This document shows, piece after piece, positions 54,462 to 64,000 of a stretch of DNA of 64,000 bases (position 1 is the first letter of the stretch; every line of letters starts with the position of its first letter). The stretch covers positions 224,001 through 288,000 of the forward strand of contig CAVUDP010000003.1 in NCBI GenBank assembly GCA_963740315.1, in the 5' to 3' direction. Below the pieces are notes generated by a model, which ran no database searches, was not told the DNA's origin, and saw only the letters and a list, made by a program, of their open reading frames with translations. The translations under genes and the position numbers were made by a program. The DNA comes from an uncultured cyanobacterium. GTDB lineage: Bacteria; Cyanobacteriota; Cyanobacteriia; Cyanobacteriales; Nostocaceae.

Positions 54462-55622
54462 CTAACTGTTAACTGCTAAAGCTTGCAAAGCATCTTTCAC
54501 TCGTTGGTTGCGAATTTCACCATCATGGGTGACGCAAGCCGCATCTACAATATCGTCTTCAAAATCTAGATTCAAAGCGTTGTCTTTTACCAGTAAATTC
54601 ATCAGTGAAACTAGATTCTTAGAATACAACTGGCTGGCGTGAACTGGGACTGATGAAGGTAAGTTAACTGGACCAATAATTGTCACGCCGTTTTTAACTA
54701 CATTTCCACCGGGTTCTGTATAAGCTGCATTACCGCCTTGATCTGCTGCTAAATCGACAATTACCGCACCGGGTTTCATTTGAGCAATCATTTCTTCTGT
54801 CACCAATCGAGGCGCTTTTCTACCCGGTACTTGAGCGGTTGTAATTACTACATCTGCATTTTTAACCCTTTCGGTAACGGCTTCTTGAGTGCGCTTTTTG
54901 CTTTCTTCAGAAATTTCTTTCGCGTAACCGCCAGCGGTGGCTGTTTCTTCTTCTAATTTGACTTCAACAAATTTAGCGCCCAAACTTTGCACTTCTTCTT
55001 TAACTGCGGGGCGAATATCAAAAGCTTCTACCATTGCTCCCAAACGTCTGGCAGTGGCGATCGCTTGCAAACCAGCCACACCAGCACCCATGACAAACAC
55101 TTTAGCAGGAGCAATGGTACCGGCGGCTGTTGTCAGCATCGGGAAATATTTTGGTAATGCTTCGGCGGCGATTAACACCGATTTGTAACCTGCAATGCTT
55201 GCTTGGGAAGATAAAGCATCCATACTTTGCGCCCTGGTGGTGCGAGGAATCATTTCCATACTGAAAGCAGTTACTTTTCGTTGAGCTAACTGCTCGGCAA
55301 GGGATGGATTTGCTAAAGGATTAAGGAATCCGATGTATACACTTCCTTCTTTTAATGCATCAATTTCGGCGCTACCATCTTCTTTTTGTTTTGGTGGACT
55401 TACTTTGAGCAGGATATCTGCTTCACGCCATAACGAGGCAGTATCAGAAATAATTTTTGCTCCAGCCGCTTCGTAATCAGAATCGTTGAATAATGCTTTT
55501 TCGCCAGCACCCGATTCTATCCATACCTCGAAACCTTGTTTAACCAACTTTGAAACAACATCTGGAATTAATGCTACACGACGCTCGTTAGCTTCTATTT
55601 CTTTAGCGACTGCGATTCTCAT
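54462..55622 (-). CDS. pntA: NAD(P) transhydrogenase alpha subunit, soluble NAD(H)-binding part
   Basis: ERRVALIP, RAQSMDALSSQ, GAGVAGLQA. Confidence 0.96.
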   Translation of the reverse strand: MRIAVAKEIEANERRVALIPDVVSKLVKQGFEVWIESGAGEKALFNDSDYEAAGAKIISDTASLWREADILLKVSPPKQKEDGSAEIDALKEGSVYIGFLNPLANPSLAEQLAQRKVTAFSMEMIPRTTRAQSMDALSSQASIAGYKSVLIAAEALPKYFPMLTTAAGTIAPAKVFVMGAGVAGLQAIATARRLGAMVEAFDIRPAVKEEVQSLGAKFVEVKLEEETATAGGYAKEISEESKKRTQEAVTERVKNADVVITTAQVPGRKAPRLVTEEMIAQMKPGAVIVDLAADQGGNAAYTEPGGNVVKNGVTIIGPVNLPSSVPVHASQLYSKNLVSLMNLLVKDNALNLDFEDDIVDAACVTHDGEIRNQRVKDALQALAVNS

Positions 55623-56454
55623 GAATTCTCCTAATCGTTAGTTATTTTTAGAAACAGTAAAAATATTGAAAATATCTTTAAGTAAGGAAGTAAGGTAATA
55701 AACGCTGACTTCCATCTTTTTAAGCAATTGAGAGGACGATCGCATTTGGTGGCAAACCGATATCCTGCAATAAACTTGTAAATCTATTTGCACTTAACAA
55801 GACTTAAGTACCGTTCATCCTATGTTATTTCCTAACTAAAGCGTTCCTATCTTTAACTTTTTTTTGGGATTGAACAGAACTAATTTTACTTGCTTACATA
55901 ATTAAATTGTTGTTCCTTATATCAATATCTATAAATTGGTCAAACTTTAATAAGTTAACAATAATTTAGCTACATCTTTGCCAGTTTACAAAATCACAAA
56001 TGCGATTCAAGCAAGTAAGCAGCAATTATATTGTCGAATCAGCCTCTTTAGATAAAACTTGTCTTTCTGAAGATAGCGTAATTCAATCAATAATTGTTCG
56101 GTTTATTATTTCAAATAATAACAAAATACTTCATTCTCGAAACAGTTATACATATTTATAAACACTATTAAATTTTCATCACATTCAATCCTTAAACTCT
56201 ATTTAATATTTTCGATCTATTGGTAAAAGCGTTTAAATACTTATTTAGTTATTTTTAAGTTAGCCTGAGTAATAGCACTTGTTATTTAGCTTTAAAAAAC
56301 ACTTACAAAATATTATTTTACATATTAATACGTAGAAGGACACTTTTTGTTAGTAATTTACGTCTAGGATTTGGGATTCAGTAGTAAAGTTTAGTTACGA
56401 GCGTTAACTTCGTACTGTCTTTATACAACAATTTCTGCCAGAGGAGTGATTATT

Positions 56455-56979
56455 ATGCGACGTTTACTTTCTGCTGTAGCCGTAACTGGCTTTTTGCTTG
56501 CTGGAATGCCAGCTATCACCTTCGCACAAGGCTTACCAGGATTAACTTTGTTTAGTGGTGTTAAAAGCGAAAATCAGCTATCATACCGATTAGACTTTGG
56601 TGGTCAAACACGTGACTGGGATCGATACCGTTTAAGAATTCCCGGTAAAAAATTAAAGATGGCGGTTGAAAAGTTTGTCATCGCTTATCCAGATTACTAC
56701 GACGGAGAATTTGATACCGGCGAAATTGAAATCAAAGTCGGTAGCAAGAAACCCGTAAAATTAGCTAAAGATGAAGTCAAATGGGATAAAAAAGGCAAAG
56801 TACTTGAACTATATCCTAAAGAACCCATCCCCGCAGGTAAGAGCGTCGAGTTGCAGTTATCCAACGTGCAAAACCCAGATTTCCCCGGAACATTTTACTT
56901 CAATCTATTAATTCAATCTCCTGGCGATAAAACAGCGTTAACCCGCTATGTAGGAACTTGGATTATCGGCATTAACTAA
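56455..56979 (+). CDS. DUF2808-like secreted protein
   Basis: Signal peptide; LSNVQNP...YVGTW; position upstream of rpmH; GAGGAG RBS. Confidence 0.75.
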   Translation: MRRLLSAVAVTGFLLAGMPAITFAQGLPGLTLFSGVKSENQLSYRLDFGGQTRDWDRYRLRIPGKKLKMAVEKFVIAYPDYYDGEFDTGEIEIKVGSKKPVKLAKDEVKWDKKGKVLELYPKEPIPAGKSVELQLSNVQNPDFPGTFYFNLLIQSPGDKTALTRYVGTWIIGIN

Positions 56980-57205
56980 AAAAGTTAGGAGTGAGGAGTT
57001 AGGAGTATTGAGTACTTCGACAAGCTCAGTAACCTTATTGAGTTAGGAGTTAAGTCTTGATAATTTCTCGCCTCTCTCCCCATCTCCCCATCTCGTCTCT
57101 CTTCCCCCTCTTCCCCCTCTCCTCATCCCAACTTATTTATTTTTTATAAATTTAATGGTATAATAACGGATTGTAATTTTTTATTAAGTCGCCAGGAAAG
57201 AAATT

Positions 57206-57340
57206 ATGAAAAGAACGTTAGGCGGGACTTCCCGTAAGAGAAAAAGAACTTCTGGATTTCGTGCGAGAATGCGGACACCGGATGGTAGAAACGTGATTAG
57301 AGCTAGAAGGAAAAAAGGTCGTCATCGTTTGAGCGTTTAA
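57206..57340 (+). CDS. rpmH: 50S ribosomal protein L34
   Basis: Manual translation [44 protein letters not shown]. Confidence 0.98.
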   Translation: MKRTLGGTSRKRKRTSGFRARMRTPDGRNVIRARRKKGRHRLSV

Positions 57341-57373
57341 GGCGCTTTGATTGCATGGTAGGAGTATTTGATA

Positions 57374-57796
57374 TTGGCTTTGCCGTCTTCAAATCGACTC
57401 AAGTCCCGACACGATTTTAGGGCAGTTTTCCGGGAAGGATTTCGCACTCATGGTTTTTACATGACTTTGAGAGCATTACAACCGCGTAATGATAAGTTAC
57501 CTTCTTCGGATACTCCCGATGAAAACGAACAGCAGCAAACCCTTCAAAGTCTGATTCCAGCGCGAATTGGGATATCAATTAGTACCAAAGTTAGTAAGAA
57601 AGCTGTAGTTCGCAACCGATTGAAACGGCAAATTTCAGCTGTATTATCGGAATTATTGCCAAAATTAGCTCCTGAATGGCGATTAGTGGTAGTAGTAAAA
57701 CCAACAGCCGCACAACAAGAGTGCGGAAGCAAACAATTTCTGCAAGAATTAGAGCAGTTGTTGGTAAAAGCCGAGGTGATTAATGGGCATTCGTGA
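57374..57796 (+). CDS. rnpA: ribonuclease P protein component
   Basis: GISISTKVSKKAVVRNRLKR; follows rpmH. Confidence 0.95.
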   Translation: MALPSSNRLKSRHDFRAVFREGFRTHGFYMTLRALQPRNDKLPSSDTPDENEQQQTLQSLIPARIGISISTKVSKKAVVRNRLKRQISAVLSELLPKLAPEWRLVVVVKPTAAQQECGSKQFLQELEQLLVKAEVINGHS

Positions 57797-58175
57797 AGAA
57801 GTTTATTATGAAGGTGGTCCTCATATCGGGGATTTAATTATAGGTATACTGATTGGTCTTACTGTTGTTGGTATACCGTTAACTGTTGGCTCTATTGTTA
57901 GAGCATTATGGCTGCGTTATCGGATTAGCGATCGCCGCATATCTGTGACTGGTGGTTGGATGGGACGCGATCGTTCGGACATAATTTACTCGGAAATTGT
58001 CAAGATTGCTAAAGTTCCCCGTGGTATTGGCTTGTGGGGTGATATGGTGCTAACTCTTAGAGATGGTAGTCGTTTAGAATTAAGAGCGCTTCCTAAGTTT
58101 CGAGAACTCAACGATTATATTTATCAACAGGTAGCTGCTAGAAATCCTAAGTTTGCCGATGCTGCGAAGAATTAA
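57783..58175 (+). CDS. bacterial PH-domain protein
   Basis: EEVYYEGGPHIGDL; typical position between rnpA and yidC. Confidence 0.85.
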   Translation: MGIREEVYYEGGPHIGDLIIGILIGLTVVGIPLTVGSIVRALWLRYRISDRRISVTGGWMGRDRSDIIYSEIVKIAKVPRGIGLWGDMVLTLRDGSRLELRALPKFRELNDYIYQQVAARNPKFADAAKN

Positions 58176-58421
58176 GTTCTCTTTATAAGGGTTTCTCGCC
58201 GACTATTAAGGATAAATCAATTCAAAATGCAAAATACAAATTTAAAAAAAAATTTTAATTTTTAGTTTTGAATTGGTGCTATCTCTATCCCTAACCGCCG
58301 ATTCTACTATCGGTATTTAAGAATGTGCGGCTATCCGTAGGATAGTTAGTCACATTTTTAATGGGGATTTCGATAAATTAGATTCAGTTAATTTAGTGTC
58401 TATAGGGTTGAATTCAAAATA

Positions 58422-59573
58422 ATGGACTTTGGTATTGGGTTCCTCTCGAACAATGTAATGCTGCCAATCATAGACTTGTTCTATAGCATTGTGCCGAGTT
58501 ATGGATTGGCGATTATCGCTTTAACATTAATTATCCGCTTCTCACTCTATCCTTTGAGTGCAGGTTCGATACGCAATATGCGGAAGATGAAGATTGTGCA
58601 GCCGATGATGCAGAAGCGGATGGCGGAAGTCAAAGAAAAATATAAAGACGATCCCCAAAAGCAGCAAGAGGAGATGATGAATGCTCAAAAAGAATTCGGC
58701 AATCCCCTCGCTGGTTGTGCCCCGTTGATTTTGCAAATGCCCGTACTGCTAGCGCTTTTTGCAACTTTGCGGGGTTCGCCGTTTGCAACTGCAAACTACA
58801 ACGTAAATTTACAAATTTTGCCCAGCGAACAAATCGAACGAATTCAACCAGCAGCATTCGCGACAAAACCGCAAAATATTTACGTTGATGAAGGCGATCG
58901 CCTAAAAGTAGCTGCGATTCTTCCCGGAGGAAACAAGTTAGCCGTGGGAGAACACACCAAGATTCAATATCAGACAGTTGATGGTAAACCGTTTGACGAG
59001 ATATTGGAAGCGCATCCCCGAACTCAAAACAAGTTACTTCCTCAGTGGAAGGTAACTAAAGGACAGGAACGGGTAAGCATTGATACAGAAGGTAACGTAG
59101 AAGCTTTACAGCCCGGAGATGTAACTATTCAGGGAAATATTCCCGGATTAGCAGCAGACACGGGATTTTTGTTTATTGAGGCTTTGGGTAGAGTCGGTGC
59201 ATATGAGGATGATGGCACCATTCATTGGGATATCGTCTCGATGATTGCACTGTTTGGCGTTTCGCTCTACGTCAGCCAATTACTTTCAGGACAAACCAAA
59301 ACAGGTGGGAATCCGCAGCAGGATACTGTAAATAAAATTACTCCAGTTCTATTTTCTGGGATGTTTTTATTCTTCCCCTTACCTGCTGGAGTATTAATGT
59401 ATATGGTAATTGGTAACATTTTCCAAACCGTACAAACTTACATCCTTTCCCGCGAACCTTTATCTGAAGAACTGCAAAAGGCTCTGGAAGCGCAAGAAAA
59501 AGAAGCGATGAGCGCAGATGAAAAAGCGCTACCCTTTGAACCAAAAAGTAATAAAAAGAAAGCAACAAGCTGA
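58422..59573 (+). CDS. yidC: membrane protein insertase YidC
   Basis: [35 protein letters not shown]. Confidence 0.96.
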   Translation: MDFGIGFLSNNVMLPIIDLFYSIVPSYGLAIIALTLIIRFSLYPLSAGSIRNMRKMKIVQPMMQKRMAEVKEKYKDDPQKQQEEMMNAQKEFGNPLAGCAPLILQMPVLLALFATLRGSPFATANYNVNLQILPSEQIERIQPAAFATKPQNIYVDEGDRLKVAAILPGGNKLAVGEHTKIQYQTVDGKPFDEILEAHPRTQNKLLPQWKVTKGQERVSIDTEGNVEALQPGDVTIQGNIPGLAADTGFLFIEALGRVGAYEDDGTIHWDIVSMIALFGVSLYVSQLLSGQTKTGGNPQQDTVNKITPVLFSGMFLFFPLPAGVLMYMVIGNIFQTVQTYILSREPLSEELQKALEAQEKEAMSADEKALPFEPKSNKKKATS

Positions 59574-59575
59574 TT

Positions 59576-60087
59576 ATGAGCGATACTCGGATGGAACGCG
59601 GTGAGCAGTGGTTAAAAGAATTGCTGCAATTATCTGGGTTCTCTGTGGAGATTCAAACCGATAAAGAGGAAAGCAGTTTGGGGAAAAAGACCCACTTTCT
59701 CTTAATAGCTATTGGTTGACAATTAAGGAATCCAATTTAAGCGAAGATCAAATTCAAGGTTTGATTGGACGCGATGGCAAAGTTTTAGATGCAATTCAGT
59801 ATCTAGCAAATTCTATTCTTAACTTGAACCAAGAATCTCAGGAACAAGCTTCTTATACAGTAGAATTAAACGGCTACCGCGTTCAAAGGTTAGAAGAAAT
59901 TCGCGGCATGATTGAAGAAGTAATTGATAGAGTCCGTAATACTGGACGAGAAGTAGAAGTCAAATCCCTCAGTTCAGCCGAACGTCGTCAAGTCCATACT
60001 TTATTAAAGGACTTTGAAGATTTAGAAAGTTTCAGCCAAGGTAAAGAACCACATCGCCATTTGGTTGTACGTCCAGCAGCATGGTAA
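59576..60087 (+). CDS. jag: Jag/KhpB KH-R3H RNA-binding protein, apparent 1-nt deletion
   Basis: ATG 2 nt after yidC; frames join if one base is added at GGGGAAAAA (59680-59688); LIGRDG and ERRQVH motifs. Confidence 0.85.
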
Positions 60088-60172
60088 TTAGGTCAGGCGG
60101 GTTTGGGAAGAAATAAAAACTTCTTCCTTAAACCTTTTCCCAAGTGCATTATCGATCGTAAATCAACAGTAA

Positions 60173-60679
60173 ATGAATGATATGGACGCAATTTATATTC
60201 CCCAGCTTGCTCAAGCATCAAAACCGATAGAAGAAATACAAGTCAAGGAATTTCTACCCGGTTTAAATACTTTAACGCCAGTTCGCGGTAATATTCGCGT
60301 GCATCACTGCGGCAATTACTTAGAAGTTTCGGCAAAGGCTGAAGCAATCATGACCTTGACCTGCAACCGTTGCTTACAACAATACAACCATCGCGTTTTA
60401 ATTAATACCGAAGAAATTATCTGGTTAGATGAAGAAGCGAATATTGAACAAGAATTCCTAGCAGAAAGAGAAGTTTCTTTAGAAGAATTGGTAGAAACCT
60501 TATCACCATATGGATACTTTCATCCCAGCGTCTGGCTATACGAGCAAATGTGTTTAGAAATTCCCCTGCGTCAGCTATGCGAAGAAAAATGTCCGGGGAT
60601 TGAGCAAAATGTTGAAACAGAAAATAAACCCATTGATAGCCGTTGGGCTTCCTTGCAATCTTTAAAAAAACAGTTATAA
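60173..60679 (+). CDS. YceD/DUF177 family protein
   Basis: CNRCL, LC...CPG, DSRWASL. Confidence 0.88.
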   Translation: MNDMDAIYIPQLAQASKPIEEIQVKEFLPGLNTLTPVRGNIRVHHCGNYLEVSAKAEAIMTLTCNRCLQQYNHRVLINTEEIIWLDEEANIEQEFLAEREVSLEELVETLSPYGYFHPSVWLYEQMCLEIPLRQLCEEKCPGIEQNVETENKPIDSRWASLQSLKKQL

Positions 60680-60703
60680 AATTTTACTTCCAAAATCCAA
60701 AAT

Positions 60704-61282
60704 TTAAAACCTAAGAGTTTCCGCTCGACAATCACGCAACCAAGTTTTAATTCCTTGGGCTACAGCACTATCGCTACTTTCTCTTGGTGGTGTAGGTGGT
60801 TTTTGTTTGGGATAACCGCCAGTTTGCGAATACATCATCGCCACTCGCCAACCGCTTTCGGTTTTCGTCAAAAGTAACCAGTGAAATCCTTGTAATTGTA
60901 CGGCTTTACCTTTTACATACTGGCGTTCTAGAGTTGTAAAAAAGATTTGTTCGATTCCATTTTTCTCATTTGCTGACTTATCCGCTTCATCCGTCCAGCT
61001 TTTCAAAGGTAACGGTTGAAAATCGGGTTTTCCCGCTACCAACATATAGCTATAAACCTGTACAGACCTATCCAAACGGCGAGCGCGTTGAGTCGCACGA
61101 TTGAAATAAGCAGGTAAATCCCGCATTAATCGAGTCGTTAATGTTGATAAATCTTGATTTGAACAGGAATTTTGTTTTGTATTATTAACAACTTTCGCTG
61201 CCAATACAGAATAATTAAATGGATTAGATAGAATCCAAAAGCTACATAACATTAATAAATAATAATTTCTTTTTTTTACCAT
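60704..61282 (-). CDS. conserved cyanobacterial hypothetical secreted protein
   Basis: Signal peptide; LMRDLPAYFNR, FTTLERQY, WLRDCRA. Confidence 0.75.
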   Translation of the reverse strand: MVKKRNYYLLMLCSFWILSNPFNYSVLAAKVVNNTKQNSCSNQDLSTLTTRLMRDLPAYFNRATQRARRLDRSVQVYSYMLVAGKPDFQPLPLKSWTDEADKSANEKNGIEQIFFTTLERQYVKGKAVQLQGFHWLLLTKTESGWRVAMMYSQTGGYPKQKPPTPPRESSDSAVAQGIKTWLRDCRAETLRF

Positions 61283-61417
61283 AAAAATTATGCCATTCTT
61301 AGCTTGATAATATGCTCAATTTAAACGACGTAAACAATACAAATAATAGTTTCAAAAATAAATTCTTATCCAATGAAAAAAACTAATCTCGGTAATTACA
61401 AATGGTGCGTAACGCTA

Positions 61418-61577
61418 TAAGAGAATGTTTGAAAAGTATCTTTTTTAACGCAATTCTCGGATTATCCCCCCTTCCCCCCTTGTAAAAGGGGGGGTTAAAG
61501 TCCCCCTTTTTTAAGGGGGATTTAGGGGGATCTTAAAAGTTTTGAGTTATATTAGTAGCTTTCCCGCACATCCTCTA
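61418..61577. mobile_element. MITE-like element, family 4 (opposite orientation), nested in a REP-like hairpin
   Basis: Ends TAAGAGAATGTTTGAAAAGT / CACATCCTCTA match the 50316-50483 termini. Confidence 0.75.
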
Positions 61578-61676
61578 AGATTTATAAGCAGCTACAAAAT
61601 TTGTTAAAGCGTCACACACCCGAAAAATTCATTCTTAATCGATCGTTGATAATTGTTAATTGTTAATTGTTAATTG

Positions 61677-62387
61677 TTAATTGTTAACTGTTAACTCCTC
61701 ACAAACTTTCTTCCAAGCCAGCGCGGGTTGCTCGGCAGCAGTAATAGGTCTTCCAATCACCAAATAATCGGCACCTGCAAGCATTGCTTGTGCTGGAGTA
61801 AAGGTTCGTTTTTGGTCGCCCTTATCCGCCCAGGTTGGACGTATTCCAGGACACACGAACAAAAAATCATCCCCACAAACATCTCGTAACTTTGCGACTT
61901 CTTGAGGCGAACATACAGCCCCATCCAAACCCGATTCCTTAGCCAAAAGCGCCATCTGAAGCGCGTATTCCGGCAATTCCAAAGGAATTTTCAAATCAAA
62001 TGCCAATTGTCTGGAAGAAATACTAGTAAGCAAAGTAATCGCAATCAACTTCGGCGGTTCAACACCCGCTCGTGCAGCACCTTCAGCCGAACCCTCAGTA
62101 GCAGCTTTGAGCGCATCTTTACCAGCAGTTGCATGAATAGTCAGTAAATCTACACCATAGCGAGCAGCACTACGACAAGCACCTTTGACCGTATTAGGAA
62201 TATCATGAAACTTCAAATCCAGAAAAATCTTTTTTTGACGAGATTTAAGAGCTTCAATAATTTTCGGTCCGCAGTTGGTAAACAACTCCAAACCAACTTT
62301 AAAAAAAGTAACATCAGAGAGCTTTTCCACTAGCGCGATCGCATCTGAGTAATCCGCTACGTCTAAAGGAACTATTATTTTTTGCAT
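61677..62387 (-). CDS. pyrF: orotidine-5'-phosphate decarboxylase
   Basis: [29 protein letters not shown]; upstream extension is STRR. Confidence 0.97.
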   Translation of the reverse strand: MQKIIVPLDVADYSDAIALVEKLSDVTFFKVGLELFTNCGPKIIEALKSRQKKIFLDLKFHDIPNTVKGACRSAARYGVDLLTIHATAGKDALKAATEGSAEGAARAGVEPPKLIAITLLTSISSRQLAFDLKIPLELPEYALQMALLAKESGLDGAVCSPQEVAKLRDVCGDDFLFVCPGIRPTWADKGDQKRTFTPAQAMLAGADYLVIGRPITAAEQPALAWKKVCEELTVNN

Positions 62388-62395
62388 CGTATGTG

Positions 62396-62530
62396 GGCAT
62401 TGGGGGGATGGGGAGACAAGGGGACAAGGGGATGGGGGGACAAGGGGATGGGGAGACAAGGAGAAAATAATTCTTAACTCCTAACTGGTAACTGGTAACT
62501 GGTAACTGGTAACTGATTACTGGTAACTGA
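62396..62530. repeat. STRR-type tandem repeats
   Basis: GGGGACAA/GGGGAGAC and (ACTGGTA)n tracts. Confidence 0.85.
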
Positions 62531-63724
62531 TTACTGTACTAATTTGATAAATTTCTTTTTACCAAGTTGTAAAACTTTACCTTGCAACTCTGTTGAAGTA
62601 TCAAAAGTGGCATCGGTATCAATAATTTTTTCACCATCTAAGCGCACTCCACCTTCTTGAATTTTTCTTCTACCTTCGCCGCTACTTTTACATAAACCGC
62701 TAGCATTGAGAAGATAGAATAGTTTGGTAGGGAATTCTACTTCAGCTAAAGAATATTCTGGAACTTCTCCAGCTTTGCCTCCAGATGCAGCAGCAATTTC
62801 TGCTTCTATCGCTGCTTGTTCGCCGTGATACTGAGTTACAACAACTTTTGCTAATAATTGTTGGCGATCTCTCGGATTTTCTGGCAGATTGTCTTCATCT
62901 AAATCTGTAAGTAGTTCAAAATAATCGGATAAGAGTTCGTCGGGGATAGCCTGTAATTTCTGATACTTTTGAGAAGGGTGTTCTGCAACAGCTACATAAT
63001 TATTTAAAGATTTTGACATTTTTTGAACGCCGTCTGTACCAACTAAAATTGGTAACAACAACCCAAATTGAGGTTTTTGACCGAAGTGACGTTGCAAATC
63101 TCGTCCGACAGCAATGTTAAACTTTTGGTCAGTTGCTCCTAATTCTACATCTGAAGAAACAGCAACTGAATCGTAACCCTGCATTAATGGATATAGGAAC
63201 TCATGAATAAAAATAGGATTCTCTTTCTTATAGCGTTCGGCAAAGCCTTCCTTTGCTAGCATCTGTCCTACTGTCATAGTTGATAGTAGCTCCAAAATTT
63301 GCCCCAAGTCCAACTTGTCAAGCCATTCGGAGTTATAACGGACTTCTAGCCTACCTGGGGTGTCAAAATCCAAAATCGGTCGAACTTGCTCTAGATAATT
63401 TTTAGCGTTTTGAAGAACTTCTTCTTGTGTAAGTTGCCGACGTGTTTCCGATTTACCTGACGGGTCGCCTATTCTAGCGGTAAAATCACCAATAATCAGT
63501 ACGGCAGTATGACCTGCATCTTGGAAAGCTCGCAGTTTACGCATTGGTATACTATGACCAAGGTGAATATCGGCACCTGTAGGATTGATTCCAAATTTAA
63601 TTCTTAAAGGTCTGTTAGCTGTTTCCAAAAGCTTTTCGAGACTTTCGGATTCTTTATCAGAATTGTCTCCTTCTGGAAAAATTTCTACAGTACCCCGATG
63701 TAGCCAAGAAAATGAGTGCCCCAT
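62531..63724 (-). CDS. tyrS: tyrosine--tRNA ligase
   Basis: [18 protein letters not shown]-terminal S4 domain. Confidence 0.96.
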   Translation of the reverse strand: MGHSFSWLHRGTVEIFPEGDNSDKESESLEKLLETANRPLRIKFGINPTGADIHLGHSIPMRKLRAFQDAGHTAVLIIGDFTARIGDPSGKSETRRQLTQEEVLQNAKNYLEQVRPILDFDTPGRLEVRYNSEWLDKLDLGQILELLSTMTVGQMLAKEGFAERYKKENPIFIHEFLYPLMQGYDSVAVSSDVELGATDQKFNIAVGRDLQRHFGQKPQFGLLLPILVGTDGVQKMSKSLNNYVAVAEHPSQKYQKLQAIPDELLSDYFELLTDLDEDNLPENPRDRQQLLAKVVVTQYHGEQAAIEAEIAAASGGKAGEVPEYSLAEVEFPTKLFYLLNASGLCKSSGEGRRKIQEGGVRLDGEKIIDTDATFDTSTELQGKVLQLGKKKFIKLVQ

Positions 63725-63902
63725 ACTAGTTTAGGAATTGTGATTTATAGTGTTAACTTCGGTTGATTGCTATGGTGACAACCACTCTTAAATTATCTTA
63801 TGGCTCCGAACAGCAAACTAATATAATTACAAAAAAACAACCGCTTTACCCTGCCTTTATTAATTAGACTTATTATTTATCAAGTGAGGAAGTAAGATAG
63901 CC

Positions 63903-64000
63903 GTGTCATCTAGGACTTTTGAAAAAAAGCAGCGCCAAGCTCCGGTTTCGTCAGGCTTTGAATTTATCAAAGGAGTTGGTCAGGTCGCTGGCGGAACTCT
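63903..64000 (+). CDS. 5' end of a gene, probably a class A penicillin-binding protein
   Basis: GAGGAA RBS, GTG start, open frame MSSRTFEKKQ...FEFIKGVGQVAGGT; product inferred from recalled cyanobacterial synteny with tyrS. Confidence 0.5.
   Translation, partial: MSSRTFEKKQRQAPVSSGFEFIKGVGQVAGGT

Noticed and set aside
55623..56445. 820-bp AT-rich intergenic region as a possible ncRNA locus
   Set aside because: No convincing structure, repeat or ORF visible; consistent with divergent promoters
62388..62459. Pro-rich N-terminal extension of PyrF (similarly for Eda)
   Set aside because: Translated STRR tract; probably not part of the protein

Overview
AT-rich chromosome segment from a filamentous cyanobacterium (Nostocales/Rivulariaceae-like by inference: many HIP1 GCGATCGC sites, STRR heptamer tracts, cyanobacterial rRNA ITS). 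It opens inside an rRNA operon (16S 3' part, tRNA-Ile, tRNA-Ala, 23S, 5S). Housekeeping genes include eda, phoH-khpA-rpsP, cutA, ftsH, petN, pntA/pntB, rpmH-rnpA-yidC-jag, pyrF and tyrS. Accessory genes include three tandem VWA paralogs, a Ser/Thr kinase, P450/TetR and SLH proteins. No CRISPR array, prophage, integrase or intact transposase was seen. The most unusual content is non-coding or cryptic. (1) Next to tRNA-Arg(UCU), two complementary, decayed 'REP-like hairpin - pentapeptide gene - Rpn gene' modules bracket the TetR/P450/SLH block; one retains what may be a stand-alone Rpn C-terminal (antitoxin-like) ORF with its own RBS. (2) A 404-bp non-autonomous IS200/IS605-type element keeping a tnpB-tail/right end sits precisely inside a glycosyltransferase gene. 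(3) A GTAG-initiated hairpin repeat family shows a compensatory base change, and one member separates two copies of the start of a TetR gene. (4) Several MITE families, some nested, and gene remnants missed by the ORF track are present (CDGSH Fe-S protein, toxin-antitoxin pair, histidine kinase tail). Frameshifts in pntB and jag fall in homopolymer runs and may be sequencing errors. All family calls are from motif recognition by eye, with no database searches.
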